Below, in pieces: positions 29,443-39,651 of a stretch of DNA of 64,000 nt. Source of the stretch: Candidatus Latescibacterota bacterium (GTDB lineage Bacteria > Latescibacterota > UBA2968); assembly GCA_965205975.1 (NCBI GenBank), contig OZ242195.1, positions 5,184,001 through 5,248,000 of the forward strand, read 5' to 3'. The position numbers were made by a program, and so were the translations under genes. The notes under the pieces are model-generated. The model did no database searches, had not been told where the DNA came from, and saw only the letters and a program-made list of their open reading frames with translations. Numbering within the stretch: position 1 is the stretch's first letter; the number at the start of each line of letters is the position of its first letter.

Positions 29443-30393
29443 ATGTCCAGGATTAATGTCGGTCTTGCTCGCCGCGAAAATCGCCGCCAGAATGTGTTTG
29501 GTACTCTCGATCTCATCCGCGATGATGTGGTTCCCAAACTGGCTGAGCAGGTGATGCTCAAACCCAATTTTCTTTCGTCTAAAAATCAACTGGCGTCTTC
29601 TCATCCCGATGCGATGCGAGGGGCGATTGATTTTTTGCTTACTACGCCCAAGCCACCGGATGAGATTCTCATTGCCGAGGGGGGTAACGAAGATATTCCG
29701 GGAGAGGCGTTTGATAACTTTGGGTATCGCGCTTTGAAAGAAGAATACGATGTTCCCATTCGACTTATTGATCTCAATTCTGAGACCCGGTGGGAGACTG
29801 TGCCGATTTTTCTCGATGACCGCACTGAATACGTTATACATATGCCCAAGACCGTGCTGGAGTGTCCCTGCACGATTTCAATGGCGGTTGCTAAGACACA
29901 CGATGTTACGGTTGTTACGCTCGCGCTCAAGAATATGATTATGGGTACGATCCGGAAAGAAGACCGGGTTAAGATGCACGGGTTTCCCTCGCATCCAGAA
30001 CGCCTGCGTCCCAATGAGTCCAAACGGCTCAATGTCAATCTCATTCGGCTCGCCAAATATCTGGCACCGGATATCGGCGTTATTGACGGTACTGTCGGTT
30101 TGCAGGGCAATGGTCCCGGGGGGACGGATTCGGTTGATCTGGGCGTTGCCGCGGCGAGTGTAGATGTTTTTGCTGTGGATGCGGTTATGACCAGTGTTAT
30201 GGGTTTTGAACCCGCGAAGCAGGGGTTGCTCTATTATGCCAATCAACTCGGCATTGGTGTGACCGATCTCAACAATATCGATATTCTCGAAACCGCTATC
30301 GAAGATGTCGCTATGGCGTTTAAGCCGCACAAGTGGATCGAAGAACAACGCCAGTGGCACGAACCAAATGCCATGGCTGATATTTTTGCGTGA
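29443..30393 (+). CDS. DUF362 domain protein
   Basis: LKPN, IAEG, KTH, TLALKNMIMG, IDG..GLQGNGP, AVD. Confidence 0.85.
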   Translation: MSRINVGLARRENRRQNVFGTLDLIRDDVVPKLAEQVMLKPNFLSSKNQLASSHPDAMRGAIDFLLTTPKPPDEILIAEGGNEDIPGEAFDNFGYRALKEEYDVPIRLIDLNSETRWETVPIFLDDRTEYVIHMPKTVLECPCTISMAVAKTHDVTVVTLALKNMIMGTIRKEDRVKMHGFPSHPERLRPNESKRLNVNLIRLAKYLAPDIGVIDGTVGLQGNGPGGTDSVDLGVAAASVDVFAVDAVMTSVMGFEPAKQGLLYYANQLGIGVTDLNNIDILETAIEDVAMAFKPHKWIEEQRQWHEPNAMADIFA

Positions 30394-31481
30394 TAGTACA
30401 GGAGCTTTTCTTGCCTACTATTGTCCTCATTGGCGGCGGTACCGCAGGGCATGTTACGCCCAATATCGCGCTGTTGCCCGCTTTGCGCGATGCTGGATAC
30501 GATGTGCATTATATCGGTACGCGGGACGGTATTGAGCAAGAACTGATCGCGCGGGAGGGCATTCCCTATTACGCGGTTCCCGCAGGCAAACTCCGCCGCT
30601 ATCTGGATTGGCAAAATTTTACCGATCTCGCCCGCATCAAGTTTGGGTTTCTCAAGTCGCTGTTGCTTCTCGCCCGTATTAGACCCGATATTGTTTTTAG
30701 TAAGGGGGGATTTGTCACGCCGCCTATTATCTGGGCTGCGTGGTTGCTGGGTATTCCCGTGGTGTGTCACGAATCAGATCTCACGCCGGGGTTAGCCAAC
30801 AAGCTGTCTCTCCCATTTGCAAAGCGCATTTGCTATGCTTTTGCGGAGACAGCTAAATATTTGCCTGCTGAGAAGGCGGTTCATACGGGTATCCCGGTTC
30901 GGACAGAACTGGGAGATGGAGATGCCCAGAGAGGGCGGGATTTGTGCGCGTTTGCGTCTGGGAAACCCGTTATTCTCATTATGGGGGGGAGTCTGGGGTC
31001 GCGTGCGATTAACGCGGCAGTTCGCGCTGCTCTCCCCGAGTTGCTTGTCGATTACCAGATTTGTCATTTGTGCGGACAGGGCAATCTCGATTCGGATTTC
31101 GAGCAGACCGAAGGCTACGCGCAGTTTGAATATGTCGCGGATGACTTGTCTCATATTTTTGCGGCGGCCGATTTTGTTGTTTCTCGCGCAGGTGCTACCG
31201 CGCTCTTTGAATTTCTCTCGCTTCAAAAACCCGCGCTTTTGATTCCCCTTTCCCTGCAAGCCAGTCGCGGAGACCAAATCGAGAATGCCGAAGCTTTTCG
31301 AAATGCCGGTTATAGCCACGTCCTCTCAGAAGAGGGGCTTACGCCCGATAGGCTTTGCAAAGCCATCCGCGATCTGAGCGATCAGTGTGACGCGCTCCGT
31401 CAATCCATGTCCGATTGGCGCAGGCGCGATGCTGTTGCGGAAATTCTCTCAATCCTCGCCGAGTATCTGAATAAGAATTGA
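30390..31481 (+). CDS. murG: Lipid I N-acetylglucosaminyltransferase
   Basis: GGGTAGHV, KGGFV, HESD..GLANK, GGSLGS, SRAGA, DQIENA. Confidence 0.93.
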   Translation: MIVQELFLPTIVLIGGGTAGHVTPNIALLPALRDAGYDVHYIGTRDGIEQELIAREGIPYYAVPAGKLRRYLDWQNFTDLARIKFGFLKSLLLLARIRPDIVFSKGGFVTPPIIWAAWLLGIPVVCHESDLTPGLANKLSLPFAKRICYAFAETAKYLPAEKAVHTGIPVRTELGDGDAQRGRDLCAFASGKPVILIMGGSLGSRAINAAVRAALPELLVDYQICHLCGQGNLDSDFEQTEGYAQFEYVADDLSHIFAAADFVVSRAGATALFEFLSLQKPALLIPLSLQASRGDQIENAEAFRNAGYSHVLSEEGLTPDRLCKAIRDLSDQCDALRQSMSDWRRRDAVAEILSILAEYLNKN

Positions 31482-31486
31482 TTACT

Positions 31487-33457
31487 ATGGCACAAGAAAG
31501 ACATCTATCTGTTGAACCCACCCGGTTTGTAAGAGAGGCCGTTACGCTGAAGTCCATTCTGGTGGGCATTGTGGTCATTCTGCTATCCGATGTCTATATC
31601 ACCTGGGGCATGGTGCATCTGGCGTCTCGTATGAATAAGTCCTATCTGCCGATGGGGCTGTTTTTTGTGTATGTGGTTCTGGTGTTGGTAAATATCGCGT
31701 TTGACCGGGCAAAGAGCAGGTGGGCACTTTCGCAGGCTGAGTTGCAAGTTGCGCTCGGTATGGGGTTGATTGGGGCGTTTTTCCCATTTTTTGGTCTGGC
31801 GAGTTTTTTGCCTACGGTGATTGCGGCGCCCTTTTATCTGGATACGCCGGAGAATGGCTGGCGCGAGCTTTTGCACGAGCATATTCCCAGGTGGATTGTT
31901 TTGCACAATGAAGATGGGGCGGCTACGCTGTTTTACGAGGGGCTTGCGCCACATCAGCCGATTCCGTGGGGTGCGTGGGTGGTGCCGCTTTTCTGGTGGG
32001 GATCATTGATCTGCGCTATTGGATGGCTGACGTTGTGTATTATGGTGATTTTGCGGAAGCAGTGGGTGGAGAATGAGCGGTTGGAATATCCGCTGATGAA
32101 TGTGAGTATTAAGATGGCTGCCGGGTCAGATGATGCGGAGGGGATTGCGCACATGGTTCGGCAGCGTGGGTTTAAGGTTGGTTGTTTTCTGGGTGCTATA
32201 GCTGTTTTGTGGAATATTGTGACGTTTTTTTATCCTTTGATACCGCGTTTGCCCACGACGCCAAATGCCGCCAGTTGGTTGCGCTGGATGGAGGGCGCGC
32301 CGACGTTCTGGGTGCAGATCAGCATTTATATTATCGGCTTTGCGTATTTTGCGCGGGTGGAGGCGCTGTTCAGTTTTTGGGTGTTTTTTGTTTTGACGGG
32401 TATTGAGATGTCTGTGTTTGACCGTCTCGGTGTGGGGTCTTCTGTTGGTCAGGGGGGATTGGAGGCGGTTCGGTCTCAGAGTTTTGGCGCGTTTGTGATG
32501 ATTGTGCTGGTGAGTTTGTGGATGTCGCGGGGGCATTTGAAGGCGGTATTTCGGAAGGCATTTAAGGGTGATGCCGAGGTCGATGATTCTCGGGAGGTGT
32601 TGTCTTATCGGACAGCGGTGTTTGGTCTGGGGATTGGGCTTCTTTTTGTGGGGGGATGGTTGCATTTGGCGGGTATGGAATTGAAGGTGCTGGTGCTTTA
32701 TATGTTTTTTGCTGTGGTAGCCTATATCGGCTTGTCGCGGATTGTGGCTGAGATGGGGTTGCCCTATGCAAATATTTCGGATACGGCACTGAATTTCGCG
32801 CCTATTTATATTTTGGGGTCGCGTGCGATTTCAGCACCTTCTATGGTGAGTCAGGGTTTTATTTATGCGCTTTTTGCTACAACGCGCGGGTTTCTCGGTC
32901 CGCCTCTGGCGCAGACGCTGAAGTTGACGAGTGGGTTGAAGTTTCGGAGGAATCGCTTGATCGGTGCGATTGCGATTGCATTGGTGTTGGGGTTTTTCGT
33001 ATCTATCGGTGATACGGTTTACACTGCTTATCGGCACGGCGGATATAACCTGGGGGGGTTGACGAGGGTGGCGGGCGTTCGGAATAATTATCAAAGAGCT
33101 GTGACGTGGATCCGCAATCCAAAACCGCCGGATTGGGACAGGCTCACGTTTGCCGGGTCTGGGATGGCGATTGTGTTGCTGTTGACCTTTTTGCGCTATA
33201 ACTTTATCTGGTGGCCTTTGCCCGCTGTTGGTCTGGCGCTACAGGGTATGTATATGGCGCGTCGTCTGGTGTTTCCGGTTTTTATGGTGTGGGTCTATAA
33301 GTCGCTTATTCTGAAGTTTGGGGGCGTTGGGATGTACCGCAGGGGGCAGCCGTTTTTTATCGGTTTGATGGTGGGCTATGCTTTTGCGGTGTTTTTTTCA
33401 ACTTTGATCGATCATCTCTTTTTTTATGGGCACGGTCATGTTGTGCATGATTTTTGA
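31487..33457 (+). CDS. Polytopic membrane protein (DUF6785-like putative transporter)
   Basis: Many TM helices; IPWGAWVVPL, LRKQWVENERLEYP, WWPL, PFFIGL motifs. Confidence 0.75.
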   Translation: MAQERHLSVEPTRFVREAVTLKSILVGIVVILLSDVYITWGMVHLASRMNKSYLPMGLFFVYVVLVLVNIAFDRAKSRWALSQAELQVALGMGLIGAFFPFFGLASFLPTVIAAPFYLDTPENGWRELLHEHIPRWIVLHNEDGAATLFYEGLAPHQPIPWGAWVVPLFWWGSLICAIGWLTLCIMVILRKQWVENERLEYPLMNVSIKMAAGSDDAEGIAHMVRQRGFKVGCFLGAIAVLWNIVTFFYPLIPRLPTTPNAASWLRWMEGAPTFWVQISIYIIGFAYFARVEALFSFWVFFVLTGIEMSVFDRLGVGSSVGQGGLEAVRSQSFGAFVMIVLVSLWMSRGHLKAVFRKAFKGDAEVDDSREVLSYRTAVFGLGIGLLFVGGWLHLAGMELKVLVLYMFFAVVAYIGLSRIVAEMGLPYANISDTALNFAPIYILGSRAISAPSMVSQGFIYALFATTRGFLGPPLAQTLKLTSGLKFRRNRLIGAIAIALVLGFFVSIGDTVYTAYRHGGYNLGGLTRVAGVRNNYQRAVTWIRNPKPPDWDRLTFAGSGMAIVLLLTFLRYNFIWWPLPAVGLALQGMYMARRLVFPVFMVWVYKSLILKFGGVGMYRRGQPFFIGLMVGYAFAVFFSTLIDHLFFYGHGHVVHDF

Positions 33458-33479
33458 GAGAAATCGATAGGAGGGAATA

Positions 33480-34376
33480 ATGGGAAAGAAAAGGATTAAC
33501 AGATGTATCGAGCTTCTCGAGCAGGGCGAGTATCTCTATTATACGGGTGCTGGCCCTCTTACGTATGAGAATGGGAAGAAGCAGGCAAAGACGTGGGCGG
33601 ATTTTTTGATGGTGGATTACGAGCACAATCCGTTTGATGTGGTTGGTTTGCGCGCTTTTATGAAAGGGCTGGTGGATGGCGGTCCCACAAATTCGGGGCA
33701 CCGCACGCCGACTGTGTTTGCGACGCTGCCGTCCAATTGTCGCACTGTGCATGAGGTTCGCGCCAATGCGTGGCAGGTCAGGCATGTTTTGAGTTCGGGG
33801 GTACACGGTATTTTGCATACGCATGCGCGGCAGGCCGATGCGGTGAGGGCGTTTGTCGAGGAGTGCAGGTATCCGTTTCAGACGGCGGGACTGGATCGCG
33901 GTTTGGTGCAGGGTCAGCGCGGGGCGGGCGGTCAGGGATATGCCGCGGGTATCTGGGGGCTTAAAGGACCGGAGTACACGCAGGTAGCGGATCCATGGCC
34001 TCTGAATCCAGATGGGGAGTTGATGCTGGGGCTTAAAATTGAGGACAGGGAGTGCGTTGCGAATGCCGAGTATATATGCAAGGTGCCGGGGCTGGCATTC
34101 GCGGAGTGGGGACCGGGAGATATGGGCATGTCCTACGGTTTTGCGGATGCACACGATCCGCCGTATCCGCCGGTTATGGAGGAGGCGCGAAGTATTGTGA
34201 AGGGTGCGTGCGATGAGAATGGGATTCATTTTTTGTGTTCGTGGAAGGATTCTTCAAAGAGTGCGGAGGAAAATATTCGGTTTTTGATGGATTGGGGCGT
34301 CAGAATTCTCTCTGGCGGCGGAGAAGATCAGGCGCGTATTGGTCGCGCGATTTCAGGTAGGAAGATGCCTGTGTGA
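33480..34376 (+). CDS. HpcH/HpaI aldolase/citrate lyase family protein
   Basis: DYEH, GQRG, KIED, EWGPGDMGMS. Confidence 0.8.
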   Translation: MGKKRINRCIELLEQGEYLYYTGAGPLTYENGKKQAKTWADFLMVDYEHNPFDVVGLRAFMKGLVDGGPTNSGHRTPTVFATLPSNCRTVHEVRANAWQVRHVLSSGVHGILHTHARQADAVRAFVEECRYPFQTAGLDRGLVQGQRGAGGQGYAAGIWGLKGPEYTQVADPWPLNPDGELMLGLKIEDRECVANAEYICKVPGLAFAEWGPGDMGMSYGFADAHDPPYPPVMEEARSIVKGACDENGIHFLCSWKDSSKSAEENIRFLMDWGVRILSGGGEDQARIGRAISGRKMPV

Positions 34377-34404
34377 GTGTATTCAACCTATTTTAGGAGG
34401 AACT

Positions 34405-35400
34405 ATGGCAGAGTCAACCGAACAACCTGTAGGCGGAGAACCGACCATTACGCGACAGCTCTCGTTTCACGGTCGGGGCGGTTCTTTATTTGGCATTCAT
34501 ATCGTGAATATTTTGCTCGCGATTATTACGCTGGGCATCTACTATTTCTGGGGCAAAGTCAGGGTTCGAAACTACATGCACAGCCAGACCGAATTTGAAG
34601 GTGACCGCTTTGCATATCACGGAACTGGCAAAGAACTTTTTATCGGCTGGCTGAAAGCAATGGGTTTTATGATTGTGATCGTTGGAATCTCTTTTGGCAT
34701 ACAGCTTTTCGGTAAAAGCCTTACCTCGCAGATCATCGGTACACTCATCTTGTATGTGGGTATCCTCTTTTTGCTTTTCCCCGTTGCCATTGTCGGTGCC
34801 TGGCGTTACAAGTTGAGTCGTACGTCGTGGCGGGGGATTCGCTTTTCTTTTAGAGGCCATACGCGCGAATTTTTCCGCATCTATTTTCCCGGCATGCTGC
34901 TTACTCTGATCACATTGGGCTTTTACAGTCCCTATTTTGAAGTGCGCCTTCGAAAATTCCTGGTCAATCAATCTTATTTTGGCAATGCCCAATTCCACTT
35001 TGATGGCAATGGTCGAGATTTGTTTTGGGGCAATTTTTGGGCCATTGTCCTGGCCATTCCCACGCTGGGGATTTATCCTTTCTGGTATGCTGCCACCCGA
35101 CACAGATATTTCTGGTCACGCACGACATTTTCAACAGCGCAATTTCGCTCCACCATGTTGGGTGGTGATCTTTTTGTGTTTCACCTCGTCAATGGTCTGT
35201 TGCTTATTTTCACGCTGGGATTGGCACAGCCCTGGGTGCTTGTGCGCAGTGCGCGATTCACTTTTGAACGGATTCTTCTCGAAGGGGATCTCGACCTCGA
35301 TGCCATTGAGCAAGACGCACGGGATGCCTCGGCTACTGGAGAAGGCATGACTGATTTTCTGGATACGGAATTTCTGGATATCGATTTGGGGCTCTTGTAG
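34405..35400 (+). CDS. YjgN/DUF898 membrane protein
   Basis: FHGRGG, TLGIYYFW, F.YHGTGKE, TSWRGIRF, TLGLA.PW; AGGAGG RBS. Confidence 0.88.
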   Translation: MAESTEQPVGGEPTITRQLSFHGRGGSLFGIHIVNILLAIITLGIYYFWGKVRVRNYMHSQTEFEGDRFAYHGTGKELFIGWLKAMGFMIVIVGISFGIQLFGKSLTSQIIGTLILYVGILFLLFPVAIVGAWRYKLSRTSWRGIRFSFRGHTREFFRIYFPGMLLTLITLGFYSPYFEVRLRKFLVNQSYFGNAQFHFDGNGRDLFWGNFWAIVLAIPTLGIYPFWYAATRHRYFWSRTTFSTAQFRSTMLGGDLFVFHLVNGLLLIFTLGLAQPWVLVRSARFTFERILLEGDLDLDAIEQDARDASATGEGMTDFLDTEFLDIDLGLL

Positions 35401-36506
35401 TGGACACATTGCGACAGGACAGATGGGATGGTCGCTATTTCGACGGGTATAGTACGAATCCCCATCGTGTTTCCATCACCATTTCCAATGCGGGACTTGA
35501 GATTGCAAAGACTGATGGTACTGTTTTCCACTGGTATTTTCATCAGATCCGGCTGTCTCAGGGGGCTTATACAGGTGAGCAGGTGCGCCTGGAAAAAGGG
35601 GATGAAATGCTCGTTGTTGACGATCCCGTTTTTCTTCAGGCTATTCACTATATTGCACCGAATCGCAGTCGTTTTCACAATCCGCGTTTCCGCAGGCACA
35701 GAACGGCACTCACAGTGCTATCTGCTGTGGCAATCATTGTCATCGGTCTGGTGCTCTATTTTCGTGGCATTCCAACGCTAACGGATCTTGTGGTGGTTTA
35801 TTTACCCGTCCGCTGGGAGGAAGAACTCGGTGCTCAGGTCGTTTCATTACTCGCTCCCGAAAATAGGCGAATTGACGATCCAAATTGTCAGAAAGCCATT
35901 GAACGTATTGCCGATTCGCTCATGGAAACCGAACAGTCATCCCCCTACCGTCTGCATATTATTTTAAAGCGAGATCCAATTATCAACGCCTTTGCAGCAC
36001 CTGGGGGATATATTGTCATACACGATGGATTACTCAAAAAAACCAAATCGCCCGAGGAACTCGCCGCTGTGCTCGCACACGAAATTCAGCACATCCTTCA
36101 GCGCCATTCAACGCGGGCAATTCTCCGCGAATTGTCAATTGGCATGCTCCTCTCTGCCCTGTCGGGGGATGCGGGCGGGCTGCACTACGCGCTTGAAACA
36201 GTGCATACATTGGGCGGGTTGCGCTTCCGACGTCAAGATGAAGTCGAAGCTGATCAAAAAGGCATGGAAATGCTTCAGAAGGCCAAAATTGATCCCAAAG
36301 GCATGGTTGTGTTTTTTGAAACACTAAAAAAAGAAGTGGGAGATATTCCCCGTTTTTTGAGCTATGTATCAACCCATCCTCGCACCGAAGAACGCATTGA
36401 AAGGTTGCAGCAGATAGCCGACCAGAGCGATTACGAATCTGTTGCCCTCTTACCAGACACTGACTGGTCAGAGATTCAGAAGGTGTGCGCCAGAAGGCCA
36501 AAATAG
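35400..36506 (+). CDS. M48 family zinc metallopeptidase
   Basis: INAFAAPGG, LAHEIQH, EVEAD, STHP; usual partner of YjgN. Confidence 0.9.
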   Translation: MDTLRQDRWDGRYFDGYSTNPHRVSITISNAGLEIAKTDGTVFHWYFHQIRLSQGAYTGEQVRLEKGDEMLVVDDPVFLQAIHYIAPNRSRFHNPRFRRHRTALTVLSAVAIIVIGLVLYFRGIPTLTDLVVVYLPVRWEEELGAQVVSLLAPENRRIDDPNCQKAIERIADSLMETEQSSPYRLHIILKRDPIINAFAAPGGYIVIHDGLLKKTKSPEELAAVLAHEIQHILQRHSTRAILRELSIGMLLSALSGDAGGLHYALETVHTLGGLRFRRQDEVEADQKGMEMLQKAKIDPKGMVVFFETLKKEVGDIPRFLSYVSTHPRTEERIERLQQIADQSDYESVALLPDTDWSEIQKVCARRPK

Positions 36507-36578
36507 GAGACACATGGGGAGATTGTGGATCAGCTCAAAGCGGTCGTTTTGGACCATCGCGCCGGTTGAGGTCTATAG

Positions 36579-37835
36579 ATGAGCGAAGAGACAGAGATAT
36601 TGATTGTTGGCGGTGGGGCAATCGGTGTTTGCTCGGCTTATTATTTGAATGCTGCGGGTAGAGATGTCGCGCTGGTTGATAAAGGCGATATTTGTTCGGG
36701 GTGTTCGTATGGGAACGGGGGGCTTGTTGTGCCGAGTCACAGCATACCTCTGTCCGCTCCGGGAGTGGTGTCTCAAAGTCTGAAGTGGATGTTGAATCCC
36801 GATAGTCCGTTTTATATTAAGCCGCGACTGGACCGGGATTTGATTTCCTGGTTGTGGCATTTTCGCCGTGCGTGCAATGAGACGCATGTTGCGAGGGCTA
36901 CGCCTGTTATTCGGGCGATGAATATGGCGAGTGTGGCGTTGTTTGAAGAAATGGCAGCGATCGAGGGCATGGATTTTGGGTTTGAGAAGCGGGGGACGAT
37001 TACGGCGTATAGAACCGAGAGGGGTTTGGCAAAGGCGGTTAAAGATGCGGATTTTTTGTCGGAGGTGGGAGTTGAGACACGGGTTCTCGATGCGGATGAG
37101 ATTGTGGGATTAAATCCCGGGGTTCGGATACGGGCGATTGGGGGGATATTTTTCCCCGAGGATGCCCATCTCGTGCCGCATCGCTTTGTGCGTGGGCTGG
37201 CGGAGTACGTCGGTGGAAAGGGCGTTCGCATTCACAGGGAAACAGAGGTTCTGGGGTTTGAGATTTCGCACGGTCGCGTGCTTGCTGTGAAGACGACTCG
37301 GGGTGATTTCCGGGCTGAGCATATCATTTTGGCGAGTGGGTCGTGGTCGCCTGTGATTGCCAGGGATCTTCATATCAATCTGCCTATTCAACCTGCCAAG
37401 GGGTATAGTATTACTTTTAAGCGGCCTGATGTTTGTCCGACAACGCCATTTTCTCTGGGGGAAGCAAAGGTCGGTATTACACCTATGGGTGATATGCTGC
37501 GGTTTGCGGGTACGCTCGAATTGGCAGGTCTCGATTTTTCGATCAATCAGCGGCGCGTGCAGGCTATTCTCAAGGCTGTGCCCGACTATTTTCCCGATTT
37601 GAGTCCCGATTATCTCGATATGATAGAAATTTGGTGCGGTTTGCGGCCCTGCACGCCCGATGGGGTGCCATTTCTCGGTCGCGCTTCCGGGTTTGAGAAT
37701 GTGATCGTGGCTGCAGGTCATGCGATGATTGGCATTTCTCTGGGGCCTGTTACAGGGAAGTTGGTGGCAGAACTGGTTTCCGATGAAGTACCTTCTATTG
37801 ATCTGTCTGCACTGAAAGTGGATCGGTTTAGATAG
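36579..37835 (+). CDS. D-amino acid dehydrogenase family FAD oxidoreductase
   Basis: GGGAIG, CSYGNGG, PAKGYS, WCGLRPCTPDG, GHAMIG..GPVTG. Confidence 0.88.
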   Translation: MSEETEILIVGGGAIGVCSAYYLNAAGRDVALVDKGDICSGCSYGNGGLVVPSHSIPLSAPGVVSQSLKWMLNPDSPFYIKPRLDRDLISWLWHFRRACNETHVARATPVIRAMNMASVALFEEMAAIEGMDFGFEKRGTITAYRTERGLAKAVKDADFLSEVGVETRVLDADEIVGLNPGVRIRAIGGIFFPEDAHLVPHRFVRGLAEYVGGKGVRIHRETEVLGFEISHGRVLAVKTTRGDFRAEHIILASGSWSPVIARDLHINLPIQPAKGYSITFKRPDVCPTTPFSLGEAKVGITPMGDMLRFAGTLELAGLDFSINQRRVQAILKAVPDYFPDLSPDYLDMIEIWCGLRPCTPDGVPFLGRASGFENVIVAAGHAMIGISLGPVTGKLVAELVSDEVPSIDLSALKVDRFR

Positions 37836-37862
37836 GCTGTGTTATTTTTTGAGAGGTGAAAT

Positions 37863-39632
37863 ATGGTAAAGATGTTGCTGCGAGATGTTGCGATGTCCGA
37901 TCTGGCGGAGATTTACGAGCGAAATGCAGATCGGTCCCCCGCGCCGTATCTCAAAGATGCAGAGGCGGTGGAGCGGGCGAGGGGATTGGCGAAGAAGAAT
38001 GGGGTGTGGGATGATTTGAACGAAAATCTGGATGGGAGCCGGGAGATTCCCGTGTTGAAGCGGTCGGCTTTCCGCAATTATCAGCGGGTTGGAGATCGCA
38101 ATTTGCCGCAGACTGTAGCGGGTAATCGCAGGCGCGAGTTGGAGCGGGCAGCGATGGCTTTGTGGCTGGGACATCCCAATGCCGATGTGGATTATTTGCA
38201 GGATTTGCTCTGGGCGTATTGCGATGATCATACCTGGGTGATGGCCGCGCACGAAGGTCGTGCTATTGATCTGGGATCGGCTGCGTTGGGCGCTGCGTTT
38301 GCAGAAATTTTGCATGTTCTGGGTGATCAACTGGAAGAAGAAGTGGTAGCGCGCGTTTCGCGGAAGATTGAGGAGCATATTTTTGAGCCGTTCTGGAATT
38401 ATAGGCATCTGGATTTCTGGAAGACCGTGCGGATGAATTGGAATCACGTTTGCAATGGCGAGATTATCCGCGCTGCGCTTTATCAGATTGAGGATCCCGT
38501 GGTGCTGGCGCATATGACCCACGCGGCGATTGTGAATTTGACGTATGCGCTGGATGGCTTTACAGATGATGGCGGGTGCGAAGAGGGGCCGGGGTATTGG
38601 GAATACGGCTTTGGGCATTTTTTGTACGTTGCCTATGCGCTGTATTTGAAGACCAATGGAGAACTGAATTTGATGGTGGATGAGACCGGCAAGATTCATC
38701 GGATATGCGAGTACCCGCTTGCGGCGCATATTCGGGGTGCGTTGCGCTCGACGTTTGCGGATTCGAGTCACGGATATACGGGTGCGCGGTCTGCTATGAT
38801 TGTCAATGCGTTTTTTGATATGCCCGAGCTATACGCCCTGTGTGATAAGCATTCGGATAATACTTTGAAGGTGCGGGATATGCACAGCATGGCGATGTAT
38901 TCCGGGTTTGAGGTGGAGATAGAGGCGGATGATCGGGATTATGTTTTGCCCGATTTGGGACAGGCGAAGTTGCGAGGGGTGCCAGGGAAAGAGCAGTTGA
39001 CGCTGATGTGTCTGGCGGGGAATAATGGGGTGCCGCACAATCACAACGATATCGGCAGTTTTATTGTGCATCGCGGGGATGCGCTCTGGTTGACGGATCC
39101 CGCGGGTCCTGCTTATAGTCGAAAAACTTTTGGTCCCGATCGCTACGATATTCTGTTTTGCAATGCGCTGGGTCATTCTGTGCCCGTGATCAATGGGCAG
39201 TTGCAGCAGCCCGGCGGCGAGTATTTTGGTACGCTGGAGGTGGAGAATTTAAATGGCGAGGGGGAAAAACGCGCGGTGATAGATATGACGCATGCGTATC
39301 CCGAGGGTACGGTGAAGAGTCTGACGCGCACTTTTGTGCTGAATGGAAATGTGCTGACGATGGAAGATCACTATGTGTTTAACGGTGTGCCGCAGACGCT
39401 TGAGGAGGGGTTTATTACGTTTGAGGATGTGCAAGTTGCCGGGGATTTGGTTCAGATTGGGCCCGAAGGCGAGGGTCTTACACTTTCTGCGGTGGATACA
39501 CCGGGCACATTTTCGGTCAAGCGATTTGAAGAGGAGTCAAAAGAGGGACGTACAGATGAGGTGGTTACTCGCGTGATTTTTACGCCCGCAGAGCTATCGC
39601 AAGACTTCTGTTTGCGGTTTGCGATGGGGTGA
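37863..39632 (+). CDS. Heparinase II/III-like polysaccharide lyase family protein
   Basis: NWNHVC, DGGCEEGPGYWEYG, FAD, HNHNDIGSF, GHSVP. Confidence 0.8.
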   Translation: MVKMLLRDVAMSDLAEIYERNADRSPAPYLKDAEAVERARGLAKKNGVWDDLNENLDGSREIPVLKRSAFRNYQRVGDRNLPQTVAGNRRRELERAAMALWLGHPNADVDYLQDLLWAYCDDHTWVMAAHEGRAIDLGSAALGAAFAEILHVLGDQLEEEVVARVSRKIEEHIFEPFWNYRHLDFWKTVRMNWNHVCNGEIIRAALYQIEDPVVLAHMTHAAIVNLTYALDGFTDDGGCEEGPGYWEYGFGHFLYVAYALYLKTNGELNLMVDETGKIHRICEYPLAAHIRGALRSTFADSSHGYTGARSAMIVNAFFDMPELYALCDKHSDNTLKVRDMHSMAMYSGFEVEIEADDRDYVLPDLGQAKLRGVPGKEQLTLMCLAGNNGVPHNHNDIGSFIVHRGDALWLTDPAGPAYSRKTFGPDRYDILFCNALGHSVPVINGQLQQPGGEYFGTLEVENLNGEGEKRAVIDMTHAYPEGTVKSLTRTFVLNGNVLTMEDHYVFNGVPQTLEEGFITFEDVQVAGDLVQIGPEGEGLTLSAVDTPGTFSVKRFEEESKEGRTDEVVTRVIFTPAELSQDFCLRFAMG

Positions 39633-39651
39633 GTTCCTGGGAGGATTCGTT

